In this document: one piece after another, positions 33,510 to 43,697 of the stretch | Layout: every line of letters begins with the position of its first letter | Numbering within the stretch: position 1 is the stretch's first letter | Virus record (IMG/VR): IMGVR_UViG_3300021399_000005 | Coordinates: 32,001-96,000 of that record | Length of the DNA: 64,000 nt | Source: a virus | Taxonomy: Duplodnaviria; Caudoviricetes | Strand: one strand, 5' to 3' | The notes under the pieces: generated by a model | The model's input: the letters and a program-made list of their open reading frames with translations, nothing else | Database searches by the model: none | Told to the model about the DNA's origin: nothing | Made by a program: the position numbers and the translations under genes

Positions 33510-33696
33510 GTTCAACGCTATCCTTTCTTACAATTAATGTATCACCAACTTTAAAATGAACTCCTTTATACTCATACTCTTCTGTTGGCAAAGCATTTAT
33601 ATTATAACTATCTCTAATATATAAAAATACATCCAATATATCATCTGTTTTATCTATTTTAACTTTTATGTAATCTTTATTTCTTTCTATAATCAT
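33499..33696 (-). CDS. Hypothetical protein
   Basis: Operon-packed ORF. Confidence 0.6.
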   Translation of the reverse strand: MIIERNKDYIKVKIDKTDDILDVFLYIRDSYNINALPTEEYEYKGVHFKVGDTLIVRKDSVEHGV

Positions 33697-33697
33697 T

Positions 33698-34795
33698 TTA
33701 AATATTCCTCTTTCTATCCTTAAATAATGTTAAAAACTTCTCCATGCCCTCATCAATCGGGGCTGCTTTATAATCAGTAATTTTTTTATAGTCTATTATA
33801 AAAGAAATATTTGTATAATTCTTATATCTTTGTTGTATCTTTTTAAAGTTTTTAATTAACTTTAAATATTCATCATCCCCAAGTTTTTGAAATTGTCGGT
33901 CAAAAGCAATAATAACTTCTTTAACACCAAGCTTGAGTAATAATTGCATTTGGTAATTTGATATGTTACTACCGCAGCACGCCACAGAAAAATCATTATC
34001 TCCAAAATAGGTTTGGAATTTAAGAGAGGACTTTTCTGATTCAAATATAATTGCGGTTTTAGTATTTTTAATCACTTCTTTTGAGTTATTTAAATTATAT
34101 AAATTTAAACCAAGTGGATGATTATATTGTTTTTTATTTACTACAATAGGACGATATTTCCCATACGCTTCTGCTTCTGACTTAATCATTGTTCGTCCTC
34201 TAATTCCAATCAAACGATTATCTATGTCATAATGCGGAATTGTTATTTGCGCACCGCCAGGAAAATATCCAATTCTATTCTTGTCTAAAACCTCTTGGCT
34301 AATATCTTCCATTAACCAAGGAACCAGTTTAATTTTATAATTAAATCTATCTAAAATATTTGAATCATACTCTTCTAAAAGAATTGAAGTATCTTTTACG
34401 GAAATCTCTTTAATTCTATCATAATTCTCAAATATTTCCCAATCCTTTAACTTCTGGAGGTCTTCAAAATCTTTTGAGGTTTCGGAAAAACCAAAAGTTG
34501 TAGCCACAAAATTAATTGCTTCATTTAGCTTTAAATCTACTCCCTTTTGAATCTTAAATATTTTTTGAGTTAATTCAAAAATATCAAAACCACCATCTCC
34601 ACCAGAGTAACTTACAAATAGTTTTGAATTATCATAATAATAGAGTTTGCGCGAACCGGTATGTGCGGGGTTGTGATCAATTGTTTGCGCAACAATCCCA
34701 TCTTTTGTATATTGAGGTTCTCCTCCAAAATCTTGCAAAAAATCAAATATATTTTCTAAAGTTAAGTTTTCTTTTACCTCATCTTTAAAAAGCAT
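33698..34795 (-). CDS. DNA primase (DnaG/TOPRIM-like)
   Basis: ITIPH..IGIRGR, IFESEKS, IIAFD; adjacent to helicase. Confidence 0.8.
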   Translation of the reverse strand: MLFKDEVKENLTLENIFDFLQDFGGEPQYTKDGIVAQTIDHNPAHTGSRKLYYYDNSKLFVSYSGGDGGFDIFELTQKIFKIQKGVDLKLNEAINFVATTFGFSETSKDFEDLQKLKDWEIFENYDRIKEISVKDTSILLEEYDSNILDRFNYKIKLVPWLMEDISQEVLDKNRIGYFPGGAQITIPHYDIDNRLIGIRGRTMIKSEAEAYGKYRPIVVNKKQYNHPLGLNLYNLNNSKEVIKNTKTAIIFESEKSSLKFQTYFGDNDFSVACCGSNISNYQMQLLLKLGVKEVIIAFDRQFQKLGDDEYLKLIKNFKKIQQRYKNYTNISFIIDYKKITDYKAAPIDEGMEKFLTLFKDRKRNI

Positions 34796-36317
34796 GTTTT
34801 TCTCCAACCTCTATTTTAAAATCATCAATATATATTAACTCATAATCATAGCCTGTCATAAATAATGGTTCTACTCTACATGTGCCAAGATTTCCTCTAC
34901 ACCAAAGATAAACACCTTTATATTTTCCCCTTCTGTTTTTATATATAGATAGTTTTAAATTAGGTTTTTCAAAACCATTTTCACCTAAAACAGAAGTTAA
35001 AGATTCTATATCCTGTTGTTTAGCTGGAAGAAGAATCATTCCTAAATCTATTCTATCTGCTATACTTTTTGCGCCTCGAAGTAGATTCTGGTCTGGAGTA
35101 TCGGAAATTGCATAGTCACCATTTAACTGTGTACTAGACAAAATAAAAATTCCATATTGATTGCAAATGTCTTTTAATCTTGCTGACAACATAAAAAGAA
35201 CATTATCTTCTCTGATTTTTACTCCTCCACTACGACGACTAATTTCTTCTAAGATTTTTAAACTTGTGTGTATATAGTCGAATCCTACATAACGCACATT
35301 ATATTCTCTAACAGCTCTTTTTATTCTATTTTCAACATCTTGAAGGGAAAAGTCATGCATAACTTCAATTCTTAATGGACTTCTTTTTAATATCTCTGCA
35401 GCTTTTAAAACTCTTGCTTCCTCACCTTCTTGATACCACCCATTTAAAATATGGTCTTCTTCAACGTTTGATAAAAAAGCAAGCATCATTGTTTGAACCT
35501 CTCCTAAATCCTGCTCTGTTGTAATATAAAGACAAGGTTCAGAAGTTCCGTTCCATACCCATCCAAAATCATCATAATAAATCATGTCACAGGCAAAATT
35601 ACAAATATCGGCAATCATTGTTCTTGATTTACCTACTCCAGTAGGCGCTGAACGCAAATAAAACTTTCCCAATCTTGCTCCTCTTGTAACCGTATTTATA
35701 AGAGAGCCATACATTGGAACACCAACTTCTGGATGTTTCTTTAAGTTTTCTAAAAGATCTTCTATACCGTCTCCGGCTTGATATTCCTCAAAACCTTCTC
35801 CACCTACATATTCATATCGAATTTTTTCAATAACATTTTCAATCTTTAAAGCAATAGCCTCTAAAGAACTTCCATCTAATTGTTCCTCTTGTCTTTGCTT
35901 CTTTTTGAAATCTAAGACTTCTTCTGGGTCATAAATAAAACTTACATCAATCCCATAATTATCATAAGCTCTTAACAAAGACATTTTCTTCATTCTATTG
36001 TAATAATAGTCAAAAGAAGTAGACACACTTTGTTCAGATGCTTTTAATAACCATTCTTCTCCTTTTTCTTTTTTAAATATAGCTTCACTTTTTGGGCGAG
36101 AAGATAAAAAATCACAAATATTTTCTATTGTGATTTCTTTTGCTCCCAACTCATATAACTTATATATTGAACCAAAAACAATTTTATGAAAATCTTCAAC
36201 AAAATCATTTTCAGTTATTGAATATTTATCACCATAATCTAAGATTTTTGGAGAATTAAAAACATTTCCAATTACTTGAACAATAGCGGTTGTATCAACA
36301 TATTTACTCTTCATCAC
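34785..36317 (-). CDS. Replicative helicase, DnaB-like
   Basis: APTGVGKS, FDYIH, STQLN, KNRRG. Confidence 0.85.
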   Translation of the reverse strand: MMKSKYVDTTAIVQVIGNVFNSPKILDYGDKYSITENDFVEDFHKIVFGSIYKLYELGAKEITIENICDFLSSRPKSEAIFKKEKGEEWLLKASEQSVSTSFDYYYNRMKKMSLLRAYDNYGIDVSFIYDPEEVLDFKKKQRQEEQLDGSSLEAIALKIENVIEKIRYEYVGGEGFEEYQAGDGIEDLLENLKKHPEVGVPMYGSLINTVTRGARLGKFYLRSAPTGVGKSRTMIADICNFACDMIYYDDFGWVWNGTSEPCLYITTEQDLGEVQTMMLAFLSNVEEDHILNGWYQEGEEARVLKAAEILKRSPLRIEVMHDFSLQDVENRIKRAVREYNVRYVGFDYIHTSLKILEEISRRSGGVKIREDNVLFMLSARLKDICNQYGIFILSSTQLNGDYAISDTPDQNLLRGAKSIADRIDLGMILLPAKQQDIESLTSVLGENGFEKPNLKLSIYKNRRGKYKGVYLWCRGNLGTCRVEPLFMTGYDYELIYIDDFKIEVGEKHAF

Positions 36318-36822
36318 CTAACTCCTCCTCATCTAAAAAAGAGAATTGTTTTTTCTTTCTGGTTTCTTTTTTTGGTGACTCTATTTGTATAACTATTTGT
36401 TGTGGTCTATACTGTTCTAATACTTTTACTTTATTTTTTTGATTTGCTTGCCAAATATTGTAATAATAGTTTCTACTTTCTTCGTAAATGAATGGTACAA
36501 TACCAATTCCGCCATTTGCTTTATCTAAAGAATTTCCTTTTATTTCATAAAAATAATATAATGACTTAAAAATCCCTGAATAGGTATAATTTTTGTTTTC
36601 TTTCATCATTTTTTTAATTTGCTGCTCTGCCTTTAAAGGAACAGAATCAACATTAAAAAGAGCTTTTATATAATTATATAAATCCTCTTTATCTTTTTCT
36701 ATTTGAACCCTTTTTTCTGCACAAGAAGCATGTAAATACCGTCTTCCTTCTTGTATAAAAGGTTCTGAATTTCTGTCAAAATATTCCCCGCAAACGAGGC
36801 ACTTTACCATTGCTTTAGCCAT
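36304..36822 (-). CDS. Hypothetical replication protein with N-terminal Zn finger
   Basis: CxxC..HxxC; upstream of helicase. Confidence 0.7.
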   Translation of the reverse strand: MAKAMVKCLVCGEYFDRNSEPFIQEGRRYLHASCAEKRVQIEKDKEDLYNYIKALFNVDSVPLKAEQQIKKMMKENKNYTYSGIFKSLYYFYEIKGNSLDKANGGIGIVPFIYEESRNYYYNIWQANQKNKVKVLEQYRPQQIVIQIESPKKETRKKKQFSFLDEEELGDEE

Positions 36823-36843
36823 ATAATACCCTCTTCTATATAT

Positions 36844-36872
36844 ATTATATCATAAAATACAAAAAAAAGCAA
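36844..36872 (-). promoter_or_regulatory. SigmaA-type promoter
   Basis: TTGCTT-N17-TATAAT with TG extension. Confidence 0.75.
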
Positions 36873-36889
36873 GTGTTATACCACTTGCT

Positions 36890-37873
36890 CTATACTAAAT
36901 CCGATTTAATTTCTTCGTTAATAAGATAAATGAATTCAGCTTGCGCCAAAGACGTTTCGGCGACTTTCTTACCTTTTCCAAGGTATTTCTCAATAATTTG
37001 AGTAATTCTTGGTGCATAATATTCTTTATTTTTAGACATTAATGAACCAGCCAATTGATTAAACTCTTTCATCAAAGCATCATAATCATAGTTAGTTTCA
37101 ATAGGAATATTATTATTTCTTTCATTTGTAATAAAAGAACCATTTGTTTCACTAGCTTCTTTATCAATAGCTTCATTTAAAGCATTAACAAGAGTATCAT
37201 ATTCAAACGGAATAACTGGTTTAATATATTTAAATCTACAACCAGTATCTGCGCTATTATCTGGAGAACGAAGAATTAAACGAGTTTTTCCAACTCCATT
37301 TTCTTCATATTTCTCAGCATAGGCATAAATATCTGCCATATTTTTAACTATCTCATTAATTGAATTTGCAGCAGTTGGGACTACTTGGTTATACTCTGTT
37401 CCATCTTTTCTTTTAAAAGTTTTGTCTTTTGAATGAGAAATAAATAAAACTGCATATCCCATTTGAGTAATTGATCTAAATGTATCTTCAAACTCTCTTT
37501 TTAATTTATTCCATCCTTGACCCCATTGAATTTGAGATAATGCATCAACATCATTTTGGCTACATACATACTTCTCACAAAGCGTACCTGCAATATCTAC
37601 TGTATCAATAATTAAGCTATGAAACTTTTCTTTAACATCTGGTTTTTTTAATTCTCTTACAATCTGTTTTAATTCTCCCCATGTGGCGACATCTTGTGCA
37701 TACACACCTGGCAAAGCGTTATAACCTTGTTCAAAGGCTAGAATAAGCGCTCCAGGAAGTTTGGAGCCGAAAGTGGTTTTACCACTTTTCGGTTCTCCAT
37801 AAATATAGGTAATGTAACCACCTAAATCTCGACTAACTTTATGGGGTTCTAAGTTTAATAAACTAATTGCCAT
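36890..37873 (-). CDS. AAA_24/Sak4-like NTPase
   Basis: YGEPKSGKTT, IIDT, FISH. Confidence 0.8.
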   Translation of the reverse strand: MAISLLNLEPHKVSRDLGGYITYIYGEPKSGKTTFGSKLPGALILAFEQGYNALPGVYAQDVATWGELKQIVRELKKPDVKEKFHSLIIDTVDIAGTLCEKYVCSQNDVDALSQIQWGQGWNKLKREFEDTFRSITQMGYAVLFISHSKDKTFKRKDGTEYNQVVPTAANSINEIVKNMADIYAYAEKYEENGVGKTRLILRSPDNSADTGCRFKYIKPVIPFEYDTLVNALNEAIDKEASETNGSFITNERNNNIPIETNYDYDALMKEFNQLAGSLMSKNKEYYAPRITQIIEKYLGKGKKVAETSLAQAEFIYLINEEIKSDLV

Positions 37874-37893
37874 TATTCTTTAACCCCCTTTTC

Positions 37894-38829
37894 TTAGAAA
37901 TCAAATTCTTTATTTGTGATGTTTGTTTTAGGAGTAGGAGCAACTACTCTACTCTTTAACTCTGCAAGCATCATTTCTCTTTCTTGCATTTTTTCTGTTA
38001 ATTCTGCTTTTGTGATGTCAGCTTCTTCATCTTCATTTTCACCAACTTCATATGGAGATAATGCAGACTGTGTAACAATAAATGCTCTATTTGTTGAAGT
38101 CGTCTCGTGAACTAAATCTTCTCCCCATGCAGATTCTTCAGTCCATTTTCTTACTACTGTCTCAGATACTTCTGTACCTGTGATTTTTGTAAACATTAAA
38201 TTTTTTGGAGAAATATCTTGGCTTAAGAAATAATCAATGCCACCTTCATTTAAAACTGTAAATTCCATTGGTAAAATTGCATTTCTAAAATCAAAAATAA
38301 CTCCTTTTAAGATTAATTTTCTTGGTTGATTTTTATCTGGGTCTTCTTCAACATCAAGGACTCTATTAATTACCATATCTGCTTCAAATAAAGCTCTTTC
38401 TCGTTCCTTTTCTTTTAAAGGTTTATTTAAAACATGAATAAATCCACCCTGATTAATTCTTTGAGAAACTAATGTAGGTTCTCCACTAGGAGTTTTTTGT
38501 CTATCTGTGTAGAACTCATTTAAAGCAAGAGCTGAGTCTGCTCTAACTTTAACATCTCCGCCATCCATATATGTTTTAAGCTTACCTTCAAGAATGTCGT
38601 TTAAAGTTGCGTAAGTTGCATTATCTCCACCCTTTGAAGTTTTCTTTGTTACATAAGTATAATGAACTTGAACGATATTTGTTAAAGCATCATTAGTGGC
38701 AATATCAATAGTACCTCTAATATATTCAGTTCCTGGTTTCTTACTATTTTCACCAGTCACTCGTTTTTCCAAATTATGCTGATAAAGCGTACCTTCAATA
38801 TAAACTCTGTTAATCATTTTTTGTTTCAT
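37894..38829 (-). CDS. Putative ssDNA-binding protein
   Basis: INRVYIEG start, terminal EFDF, next to Sak4-like gene; function inferred. Confidence 0.55.
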   Translation of the reverse strand: MKQKMINRVYIEGTLYQHNLEKRVTGENSKKPGTEYIRGTIDIATNDALTNIVQVHYTYVTKKTSKGGDNATYATLNDILEGKLKTYMDGGDVKVRADSALALNEFYTDRQKTPSGEPTLVSQRINQGGFIHVLNKPLKEKERERALFEADMVINRVLDVEEDPDKNQPRKLILKGVIFDFRNAILPMEFTVLNEGGIDYFLSQDISPKNLMFTKITGTEVSETVVRKWTEESAWGEDLVHETTSTNRAFIVTQSALSPYEVGENEDEEADITKAELTEKMQEREMMLAELKSRVVAPTPKTNITNKEFDF

Positions 38830-38833
38830 TTTT

Positions 38834-39184
38834 CTACTCTCCTATAACGTAATTTTTTCCTTTTTCTGTTAATGTGTAGGTCACTGGACCCGTTCCAATT
38901 TTTTCTACAAAATTATCAGCAACCAATTTGCGCATTGCACCAGACACAACCCTAGAAGAAACTCCTAAATCTAAGGCAATTTCTTTTGAGGTATAAATAG
39001 TTTTGTCTGCATTTTGTAAGAAGGTTAGAATGTTTTTTCCATTATCTGTTAATTCACTTTTCTCTTTATCTTCTTGTTCTAATGCTTTCATCATGGCTTC
39101 GATATTTTCTGTCATTAACTCTTTTGCTAACTCTGGATTAGCTTCAATCAATTTTCTAATAAATTCTAGGAACTCTTTTTTCAT
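38834..39184 (-). CDS. Winged-helix DNA-binding protein
   Basis: SKEIALDLGVSSRVVSGAMRKLV..YTLTEKG. Confidence 0.75.
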   Translation of the reverse strand: MKKEFLEFIRKLIEANPELAKELMTENIEAMMKALEQEDKEKSELTDNGKNILTFLQNADKTIYTSKEIALDLGVSSRVVSGAMRKLVADNFVEKIGTGPVTYTLTEKGKNYVIGE

Positions 39185-39235
39185 CTCTATCTTTTCTCCT
39201 TACATATATATTATATCATATATTTTATTAATTTT

Positions 39236-39904
39236 CTAATAAAAGATAAGTTCGTCTGCGTAAGGTAGGGTTTTTGCCCAAGAGATAAAATCATTCCATT
39301 CTGACAGTTTGTGCCCTTCTCGTTGAGCGCAAATGCTTCTCAATGTTTCATAATTAAAAGTAATTGTTCTTGTCTGTAACCAGCTTTCTGGCAACAGCTG
39401 AACTAGATGACGCCAAATTGTTTTATCTTTTTTTCGAAGATATTGCTGCCGCAAATCTTCTAAACCATTTATAACAACAGCATCAAATCCATCGTGACCA
39501 TCTAATTCAAAGCAATCGAAAGTAATTGGGGTTGATGCTAATTTGTGCATTGTTGATGTACTATTGGCAACGGTACCGATCTTGTACGTATCCAACTCTT
39601 TCCAAATATAAATGGGCGCAGTAATATCCACACAGACTTGGATTTGGCGAAGGAATTTGCGGTGTTCTGACCCACCCTTAATCAGCCTTTGCGCCAAGTC
39701 TAAATCTTTTTCACCCAGATAAACTACATCCGCGCATACACCTTCAATCTTATCTAATGCTACTGTTGTTTCTGGCATTTCTAAATATTCATTCCATCTT
39801 TTTAAACCAAATATACTGTCTGATTTTGCCCAACTTTGAAGGGGGTTGCGCATACCCATTATTGAACCTTTAAAATTATGAACTGAAGTATTTTCAAATT
39901 TCAT
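39236..39904 (-). CDS. ThyX/Thy1-like protein
   Basis: H..FLRQI, STMH, LLP, HKLSEW pattern; canonical RHR motif absent. Confidence 0.55.
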   Translation of the reverse strand: MKFENTSVHNFKGSIMGMRNPLQSWAKSDSIFGLKRWNEYLEMPETTVALDKIEGVCADVVYLGEKDLDLAQRLIKGGSEHRKFLRQIQVCVDITAPIYIWKELDTYKIGTVANSTSTMHKLASTPITFDCFELDGHDGFDAVVINGLEDLRQQYLRKKDKTIWRHLVQLLPESWLQTRTITFNYETLRSICAQREGHKLSEWNDFISWAKTLPYADELIFY

Positions 39905-39906
39905 TT

Positions 39907-40188
39907 TTAATCTCCATCTATTGTAAGGCCATATCCTTCTAATTTAGGAACTGCACATCTTACAAATTCTTCTAAATCATCAATAAAAATAGGAGCATTA
40001 TAAGTTAAAATTTCTCCCTTTAAATAAGAAACGTAACTAAAGCAAGAAACATAGCCTAGTCCATATGCTTTTATTTTATTTTCCATCGCATATGGATTTC
40101 TGCACAAAATAACTCCGTTTACATCATGAGCCTGTTTGATTATTGCTTTTGTTTTTCCTGTTCCGGCAGGGCCAATTATTTTTTCCAT
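39907..40188 (-). CDS. Small P-loop protein
   Basis: GPAGTGKT and IFIDD in only 93 aa. Confidence 0.6.
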   Translation of the reverse strand: MEKIIGPAGTGKTKAIIKQAHDVNGVILCRNPYAMENKIKAYGLGYVSCFSYVSYLKGEILTYNAPIFIDDLEEFVRCAVPKLEGYGLTIDGD

Positions 40189-40189
40189 T

Positions 40190-41092
40190 TTAACTTTTTA
40201 CTCCTTTTAATGTGTTAAGACCGTATTTATTACTTTCATAAAAATCGATCCAATATCTCTCTTTTTCATTTAATTTATCTGCGGTACAAAATTCAAGAAT
40301 CTCGTATGAAAAATTCTCTGGATTTTTTTGTTTCATTGTTGAATATAGCCTATTGTTTGAGCTATTAATTCCAAGACCCGCTTTTATGTGTGTTTTTAAT
40401 CTAGTTGGAATATCTTTACTTTGACCTATGTAGCACATTTCAGTTTCCAAGTCTGTAATTTTATAAATTCCAGTTTTATTATTATCTTTAACTATACGGT
40501 GCATTAAATCATTAACTGGTCTTTCATAATAAACCTTCCAAATAATTTTTTGAATCGCTTCAAAATTTTGTTTTCTAAAATCTTTGAGAGCTTTTTTAAT
40601 GGCTTCAATTTCTTCAATATCATCTTCAGAAAGTTGAATTTTATAAAACTCTCCTTGCTCCTTTATCTCCTGTGCTCGCTTAGCTGCTTCTATTGCTGCG
40701 CTAACGGCTTCTTTGTGTGTTAATTCAATGGCTTTTAAATTTTCTATATTATCTTCAATTATTTTAGCTTGTTCTTGCTTTTCACTAACAAAATTATCAT
40801 AAGAAATTTCTATATCTGCACATCTTTTATCTCTAAACTGTTCTTGTTCTTTTATATAGTCTTTAATAAGTAAATCTACTTCTAACTTTCTTTTTTCCTC
40901 ATAGTTTTGAATAGTTTCTTCAGTATGATTTTTTAAAACTTCTTTTTGAGTTTGTAACTCTGCTACGCTTTTGAGTAAGCGCATACTCTCATCTTCAAGA
41001 ACATCTATTTTTTCTTTTGTCTTTAAACATTTATACGATAAATAACAAAGTACCAATGTGGCAAGAACAAGAGGAAATGCAATATATTCCAT
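40190..41092 (-). CDS. Membrane-anchored coiled-coil protein with C-terminal GIY-YIG domain
   Basis: N-terminal TM; GIYKIT..YIGQS..R..H..E..YGLN. Confidence 0.8.
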   Translation of the reverse strand: MEYIAFPLVLATLVLCYLSYKCLKTKEKIDVLEDESMRLLKSVAELQTQKEVLKNHTEETIQNYEEKRKLEVDLLIKDYIKEQEQFRDKRCADIEISYDNFVSEKQEQAKIIEDNIENLKAIELTHKEAVSAAIEAAKRAQEIKEQGEFYKIQLSEDDIEEIEAIKKALKDFRKQNFEAIQKIIWKVYYERPVNDLMHRIVKDNNKTGIYKITDLETEMCYIGQSKDIPTRLKTHIKAGLGINSSNNRLYSTMKQKNPENFSYEILEFCTADKLNEKERYWIDFYESNKYGLNTLKGVKS

Positions 41093-41135
41093 ACTTTTAA
41101 AAAGGAGGGGAGCGTTCCCCTCCTAATCTATAAAA

Positions 41136-41405
41136 TTATTCTTCTGTTGCGTTTACATCAAAAGCCATTCCAGCATCATTCAGCTTTAAGAACTTAACTT
41201 TCTGATGAGTTCCATCAGCTAATTCGATTTCTGCTTCTTCACGGAAACCTAAACCTTTTCTCTGAATTGCAGAAGTAAATGCTCCATCTACCTTATTTTT
41301 CTTTTCAAAACCTAAAGCATCTGCCACATCCTGAGCTGTAAAATCTTCTCCGTTATTTGCCTGTAAGAAAGTAATAATTTTTTTGCTGTTTTCACTAATT
41401 GCCAT
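41136..41405 (-). CDS. Winged-helix protein
   Basis: TAQDVADALG; LKLNDAG. Confidence 0.65.
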   Translation of the reverse strand: MAISENSKKIITFLQANNGEDFTAQDVADALGFEKKNKVDGAFTSAIQRKGLGFREEAEIELADGTHQKVKFLKLNDAGMAFDVNATEE

Positions 41406-41439
41406 AATATTTGTCTCCTTCTAAAATTTTCTTCTAATA

Positions 41440-41667
41440 TTAAGATTTTGCGTTCTGTTTTTTAATGTATTTTTGTATCATCTCATCTAATACGACCATT
41501 GCTTCAAGTCGTTCTTCTGGAGTTTTTCCACTTACTTTAGAACTTGCCTCTACGATTGCGTTCTCATAAAAGTTTTTTAAAAATGTGTCTTCTTCTTTGA
41601 CATTGTCCAATTCAATCTGTAGAGAAGCTATTTCTTTAGCAAGTCTTTTTAACTCATTTCTTTTCAT
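41440..41667 (-). CDS. Hypothetical protein
   Basis: 75-aa ORF. Confidence 0.6.
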   Translation of the reverse strand: MKRNELKRLAKEIASLQIELDNVKEEDTFLKNFYENAIVEASSKVSGKTPEERLEAMVVLDEMIQKYIKKQNAKS

Positions 41668-41753
41668 ATTTTTTACGGAACCTTTCTTCTTAATACATTT
41701 ATATTATACGAAAAATTTTGATCTTTTGAAAATAAAATGAAAAGAAGGCTAAC

Positions 41754-43688
41754 CTAGCCTTCGATGAAATAATTAATAAATTCTTGTTCTGTAATAATTG
41801 GAATTCCTAACTCTTTTGCCCTCTTATTTTTTATAGTACCACTATTAGGCGTATTTGTAATTAAATAATTTGTAAAAGAGGTTACTGAAGTTACAACTTT
41901 TCCACCCCTTGATTCAATATCTTCTTTTAGAGCATTTCTATTCTTATAAATTGATAAACTTCCTGTAATACAGAATTTTTCACCTTCCAATGAGAAATCC
42001 ATTTCTTCATTTTCTTCTTTATCACAAGTAACTACAATATATTTAGCGATTAGTAAATCTGCTTCTTCATAGTCAAAATTCCAAAGATACGACGTTTTTT
42101 CGGGGCCAAAGCCCTCCCATTTACAAAAGTCAAATTTTTCGTCTACTAAATCTCTAAACTCGCTCCAAGAGGAAACATGTTTACAAATATCTTTTGCTTG
42201 CGCAACTCCGATTGTAGGGATCCCCAAAGCGGAAATAAAGTTATTCAAAGGAACGTTTTGAGAGTTTTTAATGTTGTATAAAATTTTTTCAACTGATTTT
42301 TCTCCAAAGCCTGGTTGCGCAATCCATTTATCTTTCCACATAAACTCTAATTCATATAAATCAGTCAAGTTTTCTACCCAACCCCAGTCAACAAGTTTCT
42401 CTAATGTCTTCTTTGAGAGTCCCTTAATGTCGAGTCCCTTTTTACCACAGAAGTGGTCAAGTCTGTTAATAAATATAGATTCGCACTGAGGGTTGGTGCA
42501 ATATAAAACTTCTGATTCGTTTTCTTTTCTAATCTCTGTTGGTTTTCCACAGAAAGGACAAACTGATGGGATTTCAAAAGTAGGGATATTATTTGGATTA
42601 TTTGTTTGCGCAGATTTGACCTGGGGTACGATCATATTCGCTTTATAAATGAACACTCTCTGGCCTGGCCAAGGGTTTCCTAATAACTGTTTCATAATTG
42701 AAATATTATGTAAACTTGCCTTTTCACACACACTACCGTCTATATCAATTGCGTTATAAACTAAAACGGGGGTTAATTGACCAGTTCTACCCATTTGCCA
42801 CTGAATATCCTTAACTTCTGTTTCATATTCATCATCATACATCTTGAGAGCGATTCCACCCTTAAAATGATGGTCTGTTCGACCTGCATCAAAATACTCT
42901 TCAACATTATCAAACTTGAATACAAAACCATCAATCGGATAATCTAACCTACAATTTTCTCTATCTATATAATCTAACCCTTCTTCAATATCTTCTAAAT
43001 TCCAATATTTTTTATCTAGGGTATATTTAGGAACTTTTTCAAATCCTTGTTCAAACAACCACCACAACTTTTCTGTTAATGTTGGTAAGTCGTAATCTGT
43101 ATCCCATGCTACAAAAGTTAATTTTCGTTTTTGACATTCACTACTGTCTAACAATCTAATGCTTCCCGCAGCAAAGTTTCTAGCATTTTTATAATCTGTT
43201 TCAAATTCTTTAAATGTTTTTAAGTCACAAATAATTTCTCCATCAACAGAGATAGAAACTTTATCTTTTAAAGTCTTAGGAATAGATGGAATTACTTTTG
43301 CGTTATGAGTAACGTCTTCTCCTACCTCACCATTTCCTCTTGTTTCTGCTCTGACCAAGATTCCATTTACATAAGTTAAAGATAAAGTTAATCCATCCAT
43401 TTTTGACATAAAAATCATATCTTTACCACGCCCAAAGCTAAGAATTTCATTCATGTCTTTTGTTTTATCAAGAGATAACATTGGGTGATTATGTTTAACT
43501 TTATTTAACTTAGAAACAGTTTCAAAGAAAATAGATTGCGTTGGTGAGTTAGGAAGAGAGAATCCAAACTCTCTCTCCTTTTCTTTTAATTGGAAATAGA
43601 GGTCATCCCACTCTTTATCTGAAATTGCGGGATTCCCTTCGTCATATAGCCTAGTATATTCATTTAGTTTTTTTACCAAGTCTTCCAT
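41754..43688 (-). CDS. ligA: NAD-dependent DNA ligase
   Basis: MLSL, KMDG, TRGNG..GEDVT, RNFAAGS, Zn finger, BRCT. Confidence 0.95.
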   Translation of the reverse strand: MEDLVKKLNEYTRLYDEGNPAISDKEWDDLYFQLKEKEREFGFSLPNSPTQSIFFETVSKLNKVKHNHPMLSLDKTKDMNEILSFGRGKDMIFMSKMDGLTLSLTYVNGILVRAETRGNGEVGEDVTHNAKVIPSIPKTLKDKVSISVDGEIICDLKTFKEFETDYKNARNFAAGSIRLLDSSECQKRKLTFVAWDTDYDLPTLTEKLWWLFEQGFEKVPKYTLDKKYWNLEDIEEGLDYIDRENCRLDYPIDGFVFKFDNVEEYFDAGRTDHHFKGGIALKMYDDEYETEVKDIQWQMGRTGQLTPVLVYNAIDIDGSVCEKASLHNISIMKQLLGNPWPGQRVFIYKANMIVPQVKSAQTNNPNNIPTFEIPSVCPFCGKPTEIRKENESEVLYCTNPQCESIFINRLDHFCGKKGLDIKGLSKKTLEKLVDWGWVENLTDLYELEFMWKDKWIAQPGFGEKSVEKILYNIKNSQNVPLNNFISALGIPTIGVAQAKDICKHVSSWSEFRDLVDEKFDFCKWEGFGPEKTSYLWNFDYEEADLLIAKYIVVTCDKEENEEMDFSLEGEKFCITGSLSIYKNRNALKEDIESRGGKVVTSVTSFTNYLITNTPNSGTIKNKRAKELGIPIITEQEFINYFIEG

Positions 43689-43697
43689 GTTATCTCC

